Source: Terriglobales bacterium
GTDB taxonomy: Bacteria; Acidobacteriota; Terriglobia; Terriglobales; Acidobacteriaceae
DNA length: 64,000 nucleotides
Direction: 5' to 3'
NCBI GenBank assembly: GCA_049273945.1
Contig: JBASRS010000029.1
Span: 1,241-65,240 of the forward strand
Shown: positions 7,827 to 16,210 of the stretch, in pieces
Position numbering within the stretch: the stretch's first letter is position 1
Layout: the number at the start of each line of letters is the position of its first letter
Program-made: the position numbers and the translations under genes
The notes under the pieces: generated by a model
Told to the model about the DNA's origin: nothing
The model's input: only the letters and a program-made list of their open reading frames with translations
Database searches by the model: none

Positions 7827-7930
7827 CAGCTGCCAGCTACGAGCCGCGAGCTTCGAGCAACCCAGTTGTGACACGCTTGCGTTCTTGTGCCTGGGTTGCT
7901 CGAAGCCTGAAGCTCGTGGCTCGAAGCCTG
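7827..7930. repeat. inverted pair of heptanucleotide arrays forming a long hairpin between convergent genes (probable bidirectional terminator)
   Basis: Left array: CAGCTGC CAGCTAC GAGCCGC GAGCTTC GAGCAAC. Right array: GGGTTGC TCGAAGC CTGAAGC TCGTGGC TCGAAGC. GCTTCGAGCAACCC (7850-7863) pairs perfectly with GGGTTGCTCGAAGC (7893-7906), leaving a 29-nt loop. It lies between TAG 7818-7820 and CTA 7931-7933. Confidence 0.85.
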
Positions 7931-8560
7931 CTAAGTGAGGCCTACCTCCCACAGCAGATAGCTCATCGCCTCCCGCATCACCGCCGTAAATCTCTGCCAG
8001 AGCGATCGCGGCCGCGATTCTGGACGTGGCGCCACTTCCGCCCGCACTCCCTCATGTTCGAGCAAGGCGCGGATGCGGAACACATGGTAGGCATCGCTTA
8101 CCGCGATGCACGTGTGCATGCCATTCTTGCGCATGATATTCGCCACGCGCGCCGCCGATTGCGCCGTGTCCGAACTCTGCGTCTCGGCAATCAGATCCTT
8201 TTCCGGAATACCGCGCCGCGAAAGGTGGTCGCGTCCGACGCCGCCCTCGCTGAAGTCCGGATCCTGCCCCGCGCCGCCGGTCGTGATCACCACCGGAGCC
8301 ATGCCTTTCTGAAACAAATCAAAAGCATGATCCAGCCGGGCTTTGTACACGGGCGACGGGCGTCCGGCATATTCCGCCGCGCCGAAGACGACAATCGCAT
8401 CCGCCGGGTGCGCTGGTGTTTCGCCGGCCGCGCGGGCAATGCGAAATCCGGTCACGCCCAGAAACAGCAAAAACGCACCCGCCGCAGCCAGCAAGAACAG
8501 CAACCAGGGATGCCGCGGTGAGGATTTTTCTTCGTGAGGTGAGGTGCGGTCTTCCAACAT
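7931..8560 (-). CDS. YdcF/ElyC-like DUF218 family protein
   Basis: N-terminal TM segment, then ADAIVVFGAAEY..RPSPVYKARLDHAFDLFQKGMAPVVITTGG...AQSAARVANIM...IAVSDAYHVFR, which is the DUF218 pattern. Confidence 0.8.
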   Translation of the reverse strand: MLEDRTSPHEEKSSPRHPWLLFLLAAAGAFLLFLGVTGFRIARAAGETPAHPADAIVVFGAAEYAGRPSPVYKARLDHAFDLFQKGMAPVVITTGGAGQDPDFSEGGVGRDHLSRRGIPEKDLIAETQSSDTAQSAARVANIMRKNGMHTCIAVSDAYHVFRIRALLEHEGVRAEVAPRPESRPRSLWQRFTAVMREAMSYLLWEVGLT

Positions 8561-8564
8561 TCGC

Positions 8565-9248
8565 TCAGGACAGAGCTTCTACAATTTCTTTCGCGGGGAT
8601 GGCACCTTCCCGCAGGATTTGCCAGGAGTCGTCGTTATTGAAGTGCACAATCGTGGATAAGGCCGTCCGCGGCGACGCGCCTCCGTCAACGATGAGCGAA
8701 ATGCGATCCTGTAGCTGTTCGCGCACCTGCTCCGCCGTGGAGCATTCCGCCGCCCCGCTCAGGTTCGCGGAAGTCGCCGTGATCGGAATTTTCGCCGCCC
8801 GCACCACCGCCAGCGGAATCTCTGCCGCCGGTACGCGGAGCGCCACGTTCCCGGTATTCGCCGTCACCTTCAACGGCAGGTGCGACGCCGCCGGCACAAT
8901 CATGGTCAGCGGCCCGGGCCAGAAGCGCCGAGCCAAAATCTGGAAATCCTCCGGCAGAGGACGCGCAAATTCCTCCGCCTGATCCACGTTCTCGATCAAC
9001 AATGAGAGCGGCTTGTGCCGCGACCGCGACTTGATCTCATACACCCGTTCCACCGCGCGCAGATTGAAGGGATCGGCGGCCAGCCCGTAAAAAGTGTCGG
9101 TGGGCATGCCCAGCACCTTCCCCGCCTGAATCTGTTCGGCCGCGTATTTGACCAGCGATGCTTCGGGGCTGTCGGGGTGAATTTTCAGGATTTCCGCGCG
9201 CACTCGGTTCCCTTCCTGATTGTGTGGGTAAATAGTGCAATGTACCAT
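8565..9248 (-). CDS. tsaC: L-threonylcarbamoyladenylate synthase (YrdC/Sua5 domain)
   Basis: ...GKVLGMPTDTFYGLAADPFN..AVERVYEIKSRSRHKPLSLLI...FWPGPLTMIVP...VALRVP...PITATSANLSG... The ORF-track N-terminal extension to 9617 is low-complexity and overlaps the divergent gene, so ATG 9248 is used. Confidence 0.85.
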   Translation of the reverse strand: MVHCTIYPHNQEGNRVRAEILKIHPDSPEASLVKYAAEQIQAGKVLGMPTDTFYGLAADPFNLRAVERVYEIKSRSRHKPLSLLIENVDQAEEFARPLPEDFQILARRFWPGPLTMIVPAASHLPLKVTANTGNVALRVPAAEIPLAVVRAAKIPITATSANLSGAAECSTAEQVREQLQDRISLIVDGGASPRTALSTIVHFNNDDSWQILREGAIPAKEIVEALS

Positions 9249-9321
9249 ACCACGACTGGGCTGCCGAGACGGAGCCGATTCCAACCCAAGACGCGTATTA
9301 TCCTGATCTTGGAACCAACCC

Positions 9322-10170
9322 ATGAAGCAAGACGCGAAATCTGCCGTGGACGTCGCTGACCGCTCCCGATTGCGCCGCCTCTCCGGCCGCCACAACCCGC
9401 GCCTCAAGGAGTTGCGGCAGGCGTTCCGCCGTGGCGAACTGACGCCCCAAGGCGAATGCGCCATCGAAGGAATCAAGCTGCTCGACGAAGCGATTCGCAG
9501 CAGCCAGCGCCTGGGTGGAGTGTTCTTCAGCGAATCAGCGCGCCCCCTGGCCGAAAAGCTGCTGCCCCAGATCAACGCCCGCGTCGAAACCCTGCTCCTG
9601 CCCGACGCTCTCTTCAACTCGATCGTCCCCAGCGACGCTCCTCAAGGGGTGGCGGCTCTGGTCAAGATTCGCGCCGTCTCGGCGAATCAGTTACTCGAGG
9701 GCTCCGACGTTGGGCCCATCGTAGTCGCTGCTGGTCTTCAAGACCCGGGAAACCTGGGCACGATTCTTCGCTCCGCTGAAGCTTTCGGCGCGGCTGGCGT
9801 ATTTCTGACTGAAGGTACCGCCAGTCCGTACAATGCAAAAGTCCTGCGCGGCTCGGCAGGATCTATCTTTCGCCTGCCCGTCGTCCAGATCGCCTCGGGC
9901 GAACTGATTTCGCTCCTGCGCCAGCGCGGCGCGCGCCTGGTTGCGACTTCCTCGCACAAAGGAACTCCGCTACCCCAAGCTACCTGGACTCTGCCCCTGG
10001 CCATCTTCATCGGCAACGAGGGCGCCGGTCTGTCACGCGATCTCTTGCGTCAAATGGACGAGACCATCGTCATCCCGCAGGCTGCGCCGGTTGAATCACT
10101 GAACGCTGGAGTCGCTGCCAGCATCGTGCTCTATGAATGGGCACGTCCCCGATCCGGGACCTCTTCATGA
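9322..10170 (+). CDS. TrmH/SpoU-family RNA 2'-O-methyltransferase
   Basis: LQDPGNLGTILRSAEAFGAAGVFL, IFIGNEGAGLS and IPQAAPVESLNAGVAASIVLYE are the three SpoU motifs. Confidence 0.85.
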   Translation: MKQDAKSAVDVADRSRLRRLSGRHNPRLKELRQAFRRGELTPQGECAIEGIKLLDEAIRSSQRLGGVFFSESARPLAEKLLPQINARVETLLLPDALFNSIVPSDAPQGVAALVKIRAVSANQLLEGSDVGPIVVAAGLQDPGNLGTILRSAEAFGAAGVFLTEGTASPYNAKVLRGSAGSIFRLPVVQIASGELISLLRQRGARLVATSSHKGTPLPQATWTLPLAIFIGNEGAGLSRDLLRQMDETIVIPQAAPVESLNAGVAASIVLYEWARPRSGTSS

Positions 10171-11525
10171 GCCTATTCGCGCCCATCCCGAACCAGGATT
10201 CTTCCGCACCAGGCGCGCGCCCACTCGCCGACCGCATGCGTCCCCGCACGCTCGACGAATTCGTCGGCCAGGAGCACCTCGTCGGCCCTGGCAAGCCCCT
10301 GCGCGTGCAAATCGAGCGCGACGACCCTGGCTCGATGATCTTCTGGGGCCCGCCCGGCACCGGCAAGACCACGCTCGCCAAAATCATCGCCAGTGTCACG
10401 AAAGCGGAGTTCATCGAGTTCTCTGCCGTCCTCGCGGGCATCAAGGAAATCAAGCAGGTCATGGCCGACGCTGACCGCGCACGCCAGTACGGTACTCGCA
10501 CGATCGTCTTCGTGGACGAGATTCACCGCTTCAATAAGGCCCAGCAGGACGCCTTCTTGCCCCACGTCGAGAAAGGCAGCATCCGCCTGATCGGCGCCAC
10601 TACGGAGAATCCATCCTTCGAAATCATCTCCGCGCTGCTCTCGCGAACTCGCGTGTACGTGCTGAAGCAACTCACCGAAGACCAGATCGTGGTTCTTCTG
10701 CGCCGCGCCATCGCCGATGCAGAACGCGGCCTCGGCTCATTGCGTCTCGAAACATCCGAAGAAGCGCTAAGGAAAATCGCCGCCTACTCCAGCGGCGACG
10801 CCCGCAGCGCCTACAACGTGCTCGAGGTCGCGGCCTCGTTGGCCCAGCAGGCCAGAACGACCGTGATTTCCGACGACATGGTCCAGGAGGCCGTACAGAA
10901 GCGCGTTCTGCTCTATGACAAAGCTGGAGAAGAGCACTACAACCTGATCTCGGCGCTGCACAAATCCGTCCGCAACAGCGATCCCGACGCCGCCCTCTAC
11001 TGGCTGGCCCGCATGCTCGAAGCCGGAGAAGACCCGCTCTACATCGCGCGCCGCGTCGTTCGCATGGCCGTCGAAGATATCGGCCTCGCCGAGCCCGGAG
11101 CTCTCGCTCTCTGCATGGCCGCTCGCGACGCGGTGGACTTCATCGGCATGCCCGAAGGCAACCTGGCTCTCGCTCAGGCTGTCGTTTATCTGTCGCTGGC
11201 GCCGAAGTCGAACGCGCTCTACACCGCCTACGCCGCGGTTCAGGAAGACGTTGAACGCACCGCCGCGGAACCCGTCCCGCTCCACCTGCGTAACGCCCCC
11301 ACCGGGCTAATGAAAGGCCTAGGTTACGGCAAGGACTACCAGTACGCCCACGATGTGGAGGGCAAAGTCGCGGGCATGCAATGTCTTCCCGACAGCCTGC
11401 GCAATCGCACCTATTACCAGCCCACCAGCGAGGGTATGGAGAAGAGAGTTCGCGAGCGCCTGGAAGAAATCAAAAGGCTCCGGCAGACGAAATCTAATCG
11501 AACAAAAAGAGAATCGGAAGGCTGA
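10167..11525 (+). CDS. rarA: replication-associated recombination protein A (AAA+ ATPase)
   Basis: [15 protein letters not shown]...[19 protein letters not shown]...[23 protein letters not shown]...[11 protein letters not shown], plus the MgsA C-terminal domain. ATG 10167 overlaps the upstream TGA as ATGA. Confidence 0.95.
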   Translation: MSLFAPIPNQDSSAPGARPLADRMRPRTLDEFVGQEHLVGPGKPLRVQIERDDPGSMIFWGPPGTGKTTLAKIIASVTKAEFIEFSAVLAGIKEIKQVMADADRARQYGTRTIVFVDEIHRFNKAQQDAFLPHVEKGSIRLIGATTENPSFEIISALLSRTRVYVLKQLTEDQIVVLLRRAIADAERGLGSLRLETSEEALRKIAAYSSGDARSAYNVLEVAASLAQQARTTVISDDMVQEAVQKRVLLYDKAGEEHYNLISALHKSVRNSDPDAALYWLARMLEAGEDPLYIARRVVRMAVEDIGLAEPGALALCMAARDAVDFIGMPEGNLALAQAVVYLSLAPKSNALYTAYAAVQEDVERTAAEPVPLHLRNAPTGLMKGLGYGKDYQYAHDVEGKVAGMQCLPDSLRNRTYYQPTSEGMEKRVRERLEEIKRLRQTKSNRTKRESEG

Positions 11526-11548
11526 TTCTCGCAATCTGACACGTATAC
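11526..11548. repeat. short heptad-type tail after the rarA stop (TTCTCGC AATCTGA CACGTAT), contains the GCAATCTGAC word
   Basis: It directly follows TGA 11523-11525. The word GCAATCTGAC recurs at 30541 and 31149. Confidence 0.6.
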
Positions 11549-11591
11549 GTAGGGACAGCCGCCTCGGCTGTCCAGCCGAGCGCAGCTCGGC
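11549..11591 (+). repeat. REP-like double hairpin, GTAGGGAC family (copy R3)
   Basis: GTAGGGACAGCCG-CCT-CGGCTGTCC (9-bp stem) is followed by GCCGAGC-GCA-GCTCGGC (7-bp stem). Confidence 0.8.
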
Positions 11592-11611
11592 AAGATCGGC
11601 GGATTAGGAGG

Positions 11612-12895
11612 GTGGCCTTGGCTACAACCGCACGCGCGAATTTCGAATTTTCCGGTCCGCCCTCACTGGAACCCCCCGCTCACCGAATTGCGGAACTCGT
11701 GCGCCTTCAGAAGTTCGCACAGCGGATCACCGCCAGCCTGGACCTGGACGAGATCGTCCAGCGAATCACCGACGAAGTAGCCGCCTCGCTCGGTTGTGTC
11801 GAAATCAACATCTATCTTCACGACCAGCCGAACAGCGAATTGGTTCTCACCGGCACTCGCGGCTGCTCCATCCACGGCAAAGGCCACCGGATGAAGGTTG
11901 GCACGGAAGGGATGGTGGGATACGTAGCCGCCACCCGTCAGATGCGTTACGCCCCCGACGTAACTCGCGATCCCTATTACAAGGCCTGCGAGCCCGACAT
12001 CCGCTCAGAAGTCGCCATCCCGCTCCACGTAGAGGGCGATCTGATCGGAGTCTTCACCGCGTCACATTGCGAACTCGACGCCTTTTCGGAAGCGCAATTG
12101 CGATTGCTGCAAGGCCTCTGCTCTCACGTAGCCGTCGCCGTGCAAAACGCGCGCCGCTTTCACGATGAACGCGAGCAGCGCGAACTCATGACCCGCGAGG
12201 CCAATGAGGCCCGCTCGATTCAGCAGGCTCTTCTGCCGCGCAGTTCTCCGCTGATTCCCGGCTTTCGTGTGTCCGGGCTCTCGATTCCCGCCGGTGCCAT
12301 CGGCGGCGACTGGTATGACTTCATCCCGCTCTCCGACGGGCGCTGGGGCCTGGTTCTTGCCGACGTTTCCGGCAAAGGCACCGCCGCCGCGCTGCTCATG
12401 TCCGCCACCCGCGGCATGTTGCGTTCGCTCGCCCAAACCGGCTCTGGGCCGGGCGAGGTGCTGACGCGCCTCAACAACATGATGGTGGAAGATTTCCCCT
12501 GCGGACGCTTCGTCACCATGGCGTACGCGGAGTTCGATCCCTCAACTCGCAAGCTGCGCCTGGCCAGCGCCGGCCATCTGCCTCCGCTGCTCGTCGAACC
12601 TGACAGCCATCGCTGGATCGCGACTCAAGACGGCCTGCCGCTCGGGATCGCTACCAGCAAATTCTCCGAGACGGAAGTCACGCTCGGCCCTCACACCCGC
12701 CTCGCCATCTACTCCGACGGCATCACCGAAGCCGCCCTCGACTCCGGCGAAGAGTACGGCCCGGAGAGGCTCCTGGCTCAGATGCAATCGCCAGACGTTT
12801 CCCTCGAGAGCCTACTACTCGACGTGAGAAGGTTTGTGAACGGAACCGGCCTGCGCGACGACGCCACCGCGATTCTGATCGGCGCACGGCCCTGA
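11612..12895 (+). CDS. GAF domain + PP2C/SpoIIE-type serine phosphatase (RsbU-like)
   Basis: N-terminal GAF-like region (LDLDEIVQRITDEVAASLG...). The C-terminal part reads SIPAGAIGGDWYDFIPLSDGRWGLVLADVSGKGTAAALLMS...YSDGITEA. GTG start. Confidence 0.85.
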   Translation: MALATTARANFEFSGPPSLEPPAHRIAELVRLQKFAQRITASLDLDEIVQRITDEVAASLGCVEINIYLHDQPNSELVLTGTRGCSIHGKGHRMKVGTEGMVGYVAATRQMRYAPDVTRDPYYKACEPDIRSEVAIPLHVEGDLIGVFTASHCELDAFSEAQLRLLQGLCSHVAVAVQNARRFHDEREQRELMTREANEARSIQQALLPRSSPLIPGFRVSGLSIPAGAIGGDWYDFIPLSDGRWGLVLADVSGKGTAAALLMSATRGMLRSLAQTGSGPGEVLTRLNNMMVEDFPCGRFVTMAYAEFDPSTRKLRLASAGHLPPLLVEPDSHRWIATQDGLPLGIATSKFSETEVTLGPHTRLAIYSDGITEAALDSGEEYGPERLLAQMQSPDVSLESLLLDVRRFVNGTGLRDDATAILIGARP

Positions 12896-13056
12896 GGGTA
12901 GAGCTCCTCATAAGCCTCGCAGTGGCCGAGTCGTCCACATACCCGCTATTAGTCAACTGAAGCAAGGATCAATCGCGGATCACCGCGTTGCAACTCTCTT
13001 GAGACAGCCTTGGCTGGCACCCTGCACCATTTTTGGAAAATCGGTAACAAACCCCT

Positions 13057-13083
13057 GTAACCTTCGCCCCCTCCGCGCCGTAA
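13057..13083 (+). promoter_or_regulatory. possible ECF-type promoter (GTAACC-N16-CGTAA) upstream of the ECF sigma gene
   Basis: tGTAACCttcgccccctccgcgcCGTAAg has an AAC/CGT arrangement and spacing like ECF autoregulated promoters. It lies about 22 nt before ATG 13105. Confidence 0.3.
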
Positions 13084-13104
13084 GCGTATATAGAAGGGGA
13101 GAAG

Positions 13105-13644
13105 ATGCCAGTGCTGGAACAGCCTTCCGACGTGCTGCGGCAGTTCTGTCACGGCGACCTCGACGCCTTCGAGGTGCTGTTCCGCCGGCATCAGAGCGAG
13201 GTCTATGGCTGGATCGTTCGCATCGTCCGCGATCCGGCCGCCGCCGAGGACCTCACCGTCGAAACCTTCTGGCGCATCTATCGTGCGCACGCCCGCTTTG
13301 ACCCTAGCCGCAGCTTCGGGGCGTGGTCGCGCCGCATCGCCACCAACGCGGCGCTCGATCATCTGAGGAGCCCTTGGCCTGAAACTGACCTCCGCAACGA
13401 CCCGCCGTCGCCGCCGTTGCCAGACCCCGGCATCTCCGAGGAGATTCGCCGGAAAACGGCGCGTGCGTTCCGCCGGCTACCGCCTAAGCTGCAGGTCGCG
13501 GCCACGCTGGCGCTGATCGAAGAGCAGCCATACAAAGAAATCGCCGAGGCGCTGGGCATTTCAACCGGGGCCGTTAAGTTGCGCGTCTTCCGCGCCCTCC
13601 GCCTCCTTAGAAAAGAATTGCAGCAACAAGGAATCGAACCATGA
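13105..13644 (+). CDS. ECF (sigma-70 family, group IV) RNA polymerase sigma factor
   Basis: Region 2 reads DLTVETFWRIYRAHARFDPSRSFGAWSRRIATNAALDHLR. Region 4 reads EQPYKEIAEALGISTGAVKLRVFRALRLLRKEL. Confidence 0.9.
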   Translation: MPVLEQPSDVLRQFCHGDLDAFEVLFRRHQSEVYGWIVRIVRDPAAAEDLTVETFWRIYRAHARFDPSRSFGAWSRRIATNAALDHLRSPWPETDLRNDPPSPPLPDPGISEEIRRKTARAFRRLPPKLQVAATLALIEEQPYKEIAEALGISTGAVKLRVFRALRLLRKELQQQGIEP

Positions 13645-13871
13645 ATGAACACGAGCAGGAACGAATCAAGCAATCGCTTAAGAAGTCATTTCCACCGATG
13701 AACGCCAGAGTTGGCGCGGAACTGCAGCGCGACCTCTGGCCCGCGATGCTGAAGCGCCTCGAAGCGCGTGCCACCGCGGTTCCGTGGTTTGACTGGGCTC
13801 TGCTGGCGGCGGTGGCCGCGTGCCTGGCATTTTTCCCGGGAGCGATTCCGGTGCTGCTTTATCACTTGTAA
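13641..13871 (+). CDS. putative anti-sigma factor (small single-pass membrane protein)
   Basis: ATGA overlap with the sigma-gene stop. It is 76 aa with a C-terminal TM helix (WFDWALLAAVAACLAFFPGAIPVLL). The call rests on position only. Confidence 0.45.
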   Translation: MNEHEQERIKQSLKKSFPPMNARVGAELQRDLWPAMLKRLEARATAVPWFDWALLAAVAACLAFFPGAIPVLLYHL

Positions 13872-13883
13872 TTGGAGGACAGT

Positions 13884-14330
13884 ATGAACACTCACCCCTA
13901 TCTTCGTGCCTACATGGCCGGCATTGTCGTGCCCAGCCTGGGTCTGCTGGTCGCGCTGACGGTATTCATCCTGACGCGGCTCGTGTTCCACGTTCCTATT
14001 CCCATTGAGCGCGTCATCGTTTTCCCGATGGCACTGGTACCCAATGCGTTCGGCCTCTGGAACATTTTCTACGTGTGGTCCCGGCCGCACCGCCATTTGC
14101 CCATCGGTCTGCATGGCGCGCTGCTGCCGCCGGTTCTGGCAGCGATAGGAGCAGTCTCTGCCACTTATGGTGGATTTCTGACGGTCGGCGCGCACGGCGT
14201 CACTTGGTTCCAGACTATCAGCGTCCCGTACTTTCTAATCGCGCTCTGGTTCCTCGCCGGCGTGGTGGTCTACTACCTCGTGTGGAAGCATGTGGTGGGA
14301 TTCTTCAACCAGGTGTTGGGAATCGCGTGA
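13884..14330 (+). CDS. hypothetical integral membrane protein (about 4 TM)
   Basis: GGAGGA at 13874-13879 precedes ATG 13884. The protein has hydrophobic helices throughout and is the third gene of the ECF cluster. Confidence 0.5.
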   Translation: MNTHPYLRAYMAGIVVPSLGLLVALTVFILTRLVFHVPIPIERVIVFPMALVPNAFGLWNIFYVWSRPHRHLPIGLHGALLPPVLAAIGAVSATYGGFLTVGAHGVTWFQTISVPYFLIALWFLAGVVVYYLVWKHVVGFFNQVLGIA

Positions 14331-14373
14331 AGGGCAGCCTCCGCGTGGCAGTTGCCCGGCGAGAAGCCTCTCC

Positions 14374-14778
14374 CTACCCGAACCGCGCTCGGTGCTCTCT
14401 CAGAACGCACCGGTCCATTACGACCAACATCCCCGCCTTGCGCGCTTTTTCGGCGGCCCGCTCGTTGATGACGTCTTCCTGCAACCAGATTGCCGGGATC
14501 TTCAACCGGATCGCCTGCTCCACGATCTCATCCACGTATTCCGGCCGACGGAACACATCCACCAGGTCAATCTTGTCCGGAACGTCGAGCAGAGAAGGAT
14601 AAGAATTCTCTCCCAGCGCCTCAGTAATCTGCGGATTCACCGGAATAATCCGGTATCCCTGCAACTGCAGGTATGCCGAAACGCCATGACTGGGCCGTAA
14701 GGGACTACCCGATAGCCCAACCACAGCGATGGTCTTGACCCGCGACAGCAGTTCGTAAATAGGATCCGATTGCTTCAA
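14374..14778 (-). CDS. CoA-binding domain protein (YccU/YneT-like)
   Basis: ...KTIAVVGLSGSPLRPSHGVSAYLQLQGYRIIPVNP....LGENSYPSLLDVPDKIDLVDVFRRPEYV..IVEQAI..KIPAIWLQ... TTG 14778, preceded by GAGGG, gives about 134 aa. The ORF-track start at 14862 would run through the heptad hairpin. Confidence 0.8.
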   Translation of the reverse strand: MKQSDPIYELLSRVKTIAVVGLSGSPLRPSHGVSAYLQLQGYRIIPVNPQITEALGENSYPSLLDVPDKIDLVDVFRRPEYVDEIVEQAIRLKIPAIWLQEDVINERAAEKARKAGMLVVMDRCVLREHRARFG

Positions 14779-14787
14779 ACGATGGCC

Positions 14788-14873
14788 CTCGCAGTTGCGA
14801 GTAGCGAGACACGAGCAGCGATCCAGAATTGCGGTAACCCTGCCACACTCGCTACTCGCCACTTGCTACTCTC
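14788..14873. repeat. inverted pair of heptanucleotide arrays (NNGCGAG / YACTYGC) forming a hairpin
   Basis: Left array: CTCGCAG TTGCGAG TAGCGAG ACACGAG CAGCGAT. Right array: CACTCGC TACTCGC CACTTGC TACTCTC. GCGAGTAGCGAG (14797-14808) pairs perfectly with CTCGCTACTCGC (14848-14859), loop 39 nt. The right arm overlaps TAG 14866-14868 of the upstream gene. Confidence 0.85.
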
Positions 14874-16194
14874 TCTTCTTGTCCGCCTTCTGCTTAAACA
14901 TCCGCAGCGCCAGTTTGCGAATCGTGTCTGCGACCTCCTTGTTCCCCGACAGATTCTTCAGGTCGTGAACCAACAGGTTTTTCATCAAACCCAGCGATAG
15001 ATCGAGCGGCGTGCGGGGGTTAAATACCAGGTTGCGCGTGATGGCGTAATTCTTCGCAAAGCGCCGCCTGAGCGGGATGGCGCGCAGCACCGCCTCCAGC
15101 ACATTCTTCTGCTGGGCAAAGTTCTCCACTTCCCCATCCGAGACCTTCGGCGAGTCGAGCACCGCGAGCGCGACCAGCTTCGTGCCATCTCGGATGAGCA
15201 GCGAGCGTTCTTCCTTGCTTCCTCGAATCGCCAGCGCGATTCGTCCCTTGATGTCGAGCTTGGCGATCCTCATCAGCGTGGTATCGCGTCTTTCCTCTCC
15301 TGACGGATGTGAGGGTTTCTTTGCATGTTTGACGCCAGCCGCGGCGGGTCTGGCAGCGGCCGCGGCGGGCTTAGCTTGATTCTCCGGCGCCGAAGCGGCA
15401 TGAGCTTCTGTCGCGGGCACCGGCTCAGCCTCCGCTTTCGCTCCGGCGTCCTCCGTCCCTTCATGCAGCACGCGAACCGGCTGGAACGGCTTGTCGGCTT
15501 CGACCGCCAACTCCGCTGAGTTCTCCTGAAGATAGTGCGCAATCGCCTGCGCAAGAACCTCGTTGTCGGCCGCTTCTGAATCCGTTTCCGACGATTGCAC
15601 CGGCACTTCAGTCTCGGGGGCCTCCGGATCCGTCGTGGGCTGTGGGACGGCGGTCGCGTCCAGATCCGCTGCCGTCCCCGAGTCTTCCGCAACCTCGGTT
15701 GGGGGCGCTGGTTCAGGGACCGCGATTCCAGCCGGCTTGTCAATTGCCATCATCTCATTGGGCCGCAAGCGCGGATTGGACCCCAGCGCTTCCCTCAAAG
15801 TAGGACTGCTTTTCACGCGCTGACTGACCAGCATGGCCTCGACCACGGTGCGTGAGCCCGACGCCGCCAGTTCCGCCAGCTCTTCTTCACTGACGGAAGG
15901 GTTCTCCAGCAGGGCGGGAAGCAACACCGGCCGAAGGTTCTTGGGCGAGATCAGATACCCGAGCACCTCCTTGCTTGTCGCCGGATCGCCCGCCACTCCC
16001 GCCGAAGCTTTCTCATCCCAGCCCGCCAGGGTCATCCGCGCCTGTTCCGCGAACACTTTGTTATGCAGCGCCAGATGCACTAGGATCTCCATCATCTCGC
16101 GCGGTTGCACTGCCAGAGCCCCGCGCGCTGCCGCCTGCATCATTTGCGACGACATTTGCGATTTGCGGACTAGATCAATCATCCGGTGCTGCAT
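14866..16194 (-). CDS. hypothetical protein with helical (HEAT/ARM-like) repeats and an acidic Pro/Ala-rich linker
   Basis: 442-aa ORF. It has recurrent L-x-N-P-x-x-x turns (LLENPSVSEEEL, LGSNPRLRPNE, LVFNPRTPLDLS) and a central PEPAPPTEVAED...AEAEPVPATEAHAASAPEN linker. I do not recognise a named family. Confidence 0.55.
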   Translation of the reverse strand: MQHRMIDLVRKSQMSSQMMQAAARGALAVQPREMMEILVHLALHNKVFAEQARMTLAGWDEKASAGVAGDPATSKEVLGYLISPKNLRPVLLPALLENPSVSEEELAELAASGSRTVVEAMLVSQRVKSSPTLREALGSNPRLRPNEMMAIDKPAGIAVPEPAPPTEVAEDSGTAADLDATAVPQPTTDPEAPETEVPVQSSETDSEAADNEVLAQAIAHYLQENSAELAVEADKPFQPVRVLHEGTEDAGAKAEAEPVPATEAHAASAPENQAKPAAAAARPAAAGVKHAKKPSHPSGEERRDTTLMRIAKLDIKGRIALAIRGSKEERSLLIRDGTKLVALAVLDSPKVSDGEVENFAQQKNVLEAVLRAIPLRRRFAKNYAITRNLVFNPRTPLDLSLGLMKNLLVHDLKNLSGNKEVADTIRKLALRMFKQKADKKRE

Positions 16195-16210
16195 GATTCA
16201 TCTCCCTCGC

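Noticed and set aside
9249-9617. N-terminal extensions in the ORF track: tsaC to 9617, lnt to 19817, oxidoreductase to 53376, lpxL-like from 24607, EVE to 30084, repeat protein to 42667.
   Set aside because: The extensions are low-complexity, overlap divergent genes or REP hairpins, and exceed typical family lengths. Internal starts with an RBS were preferred.
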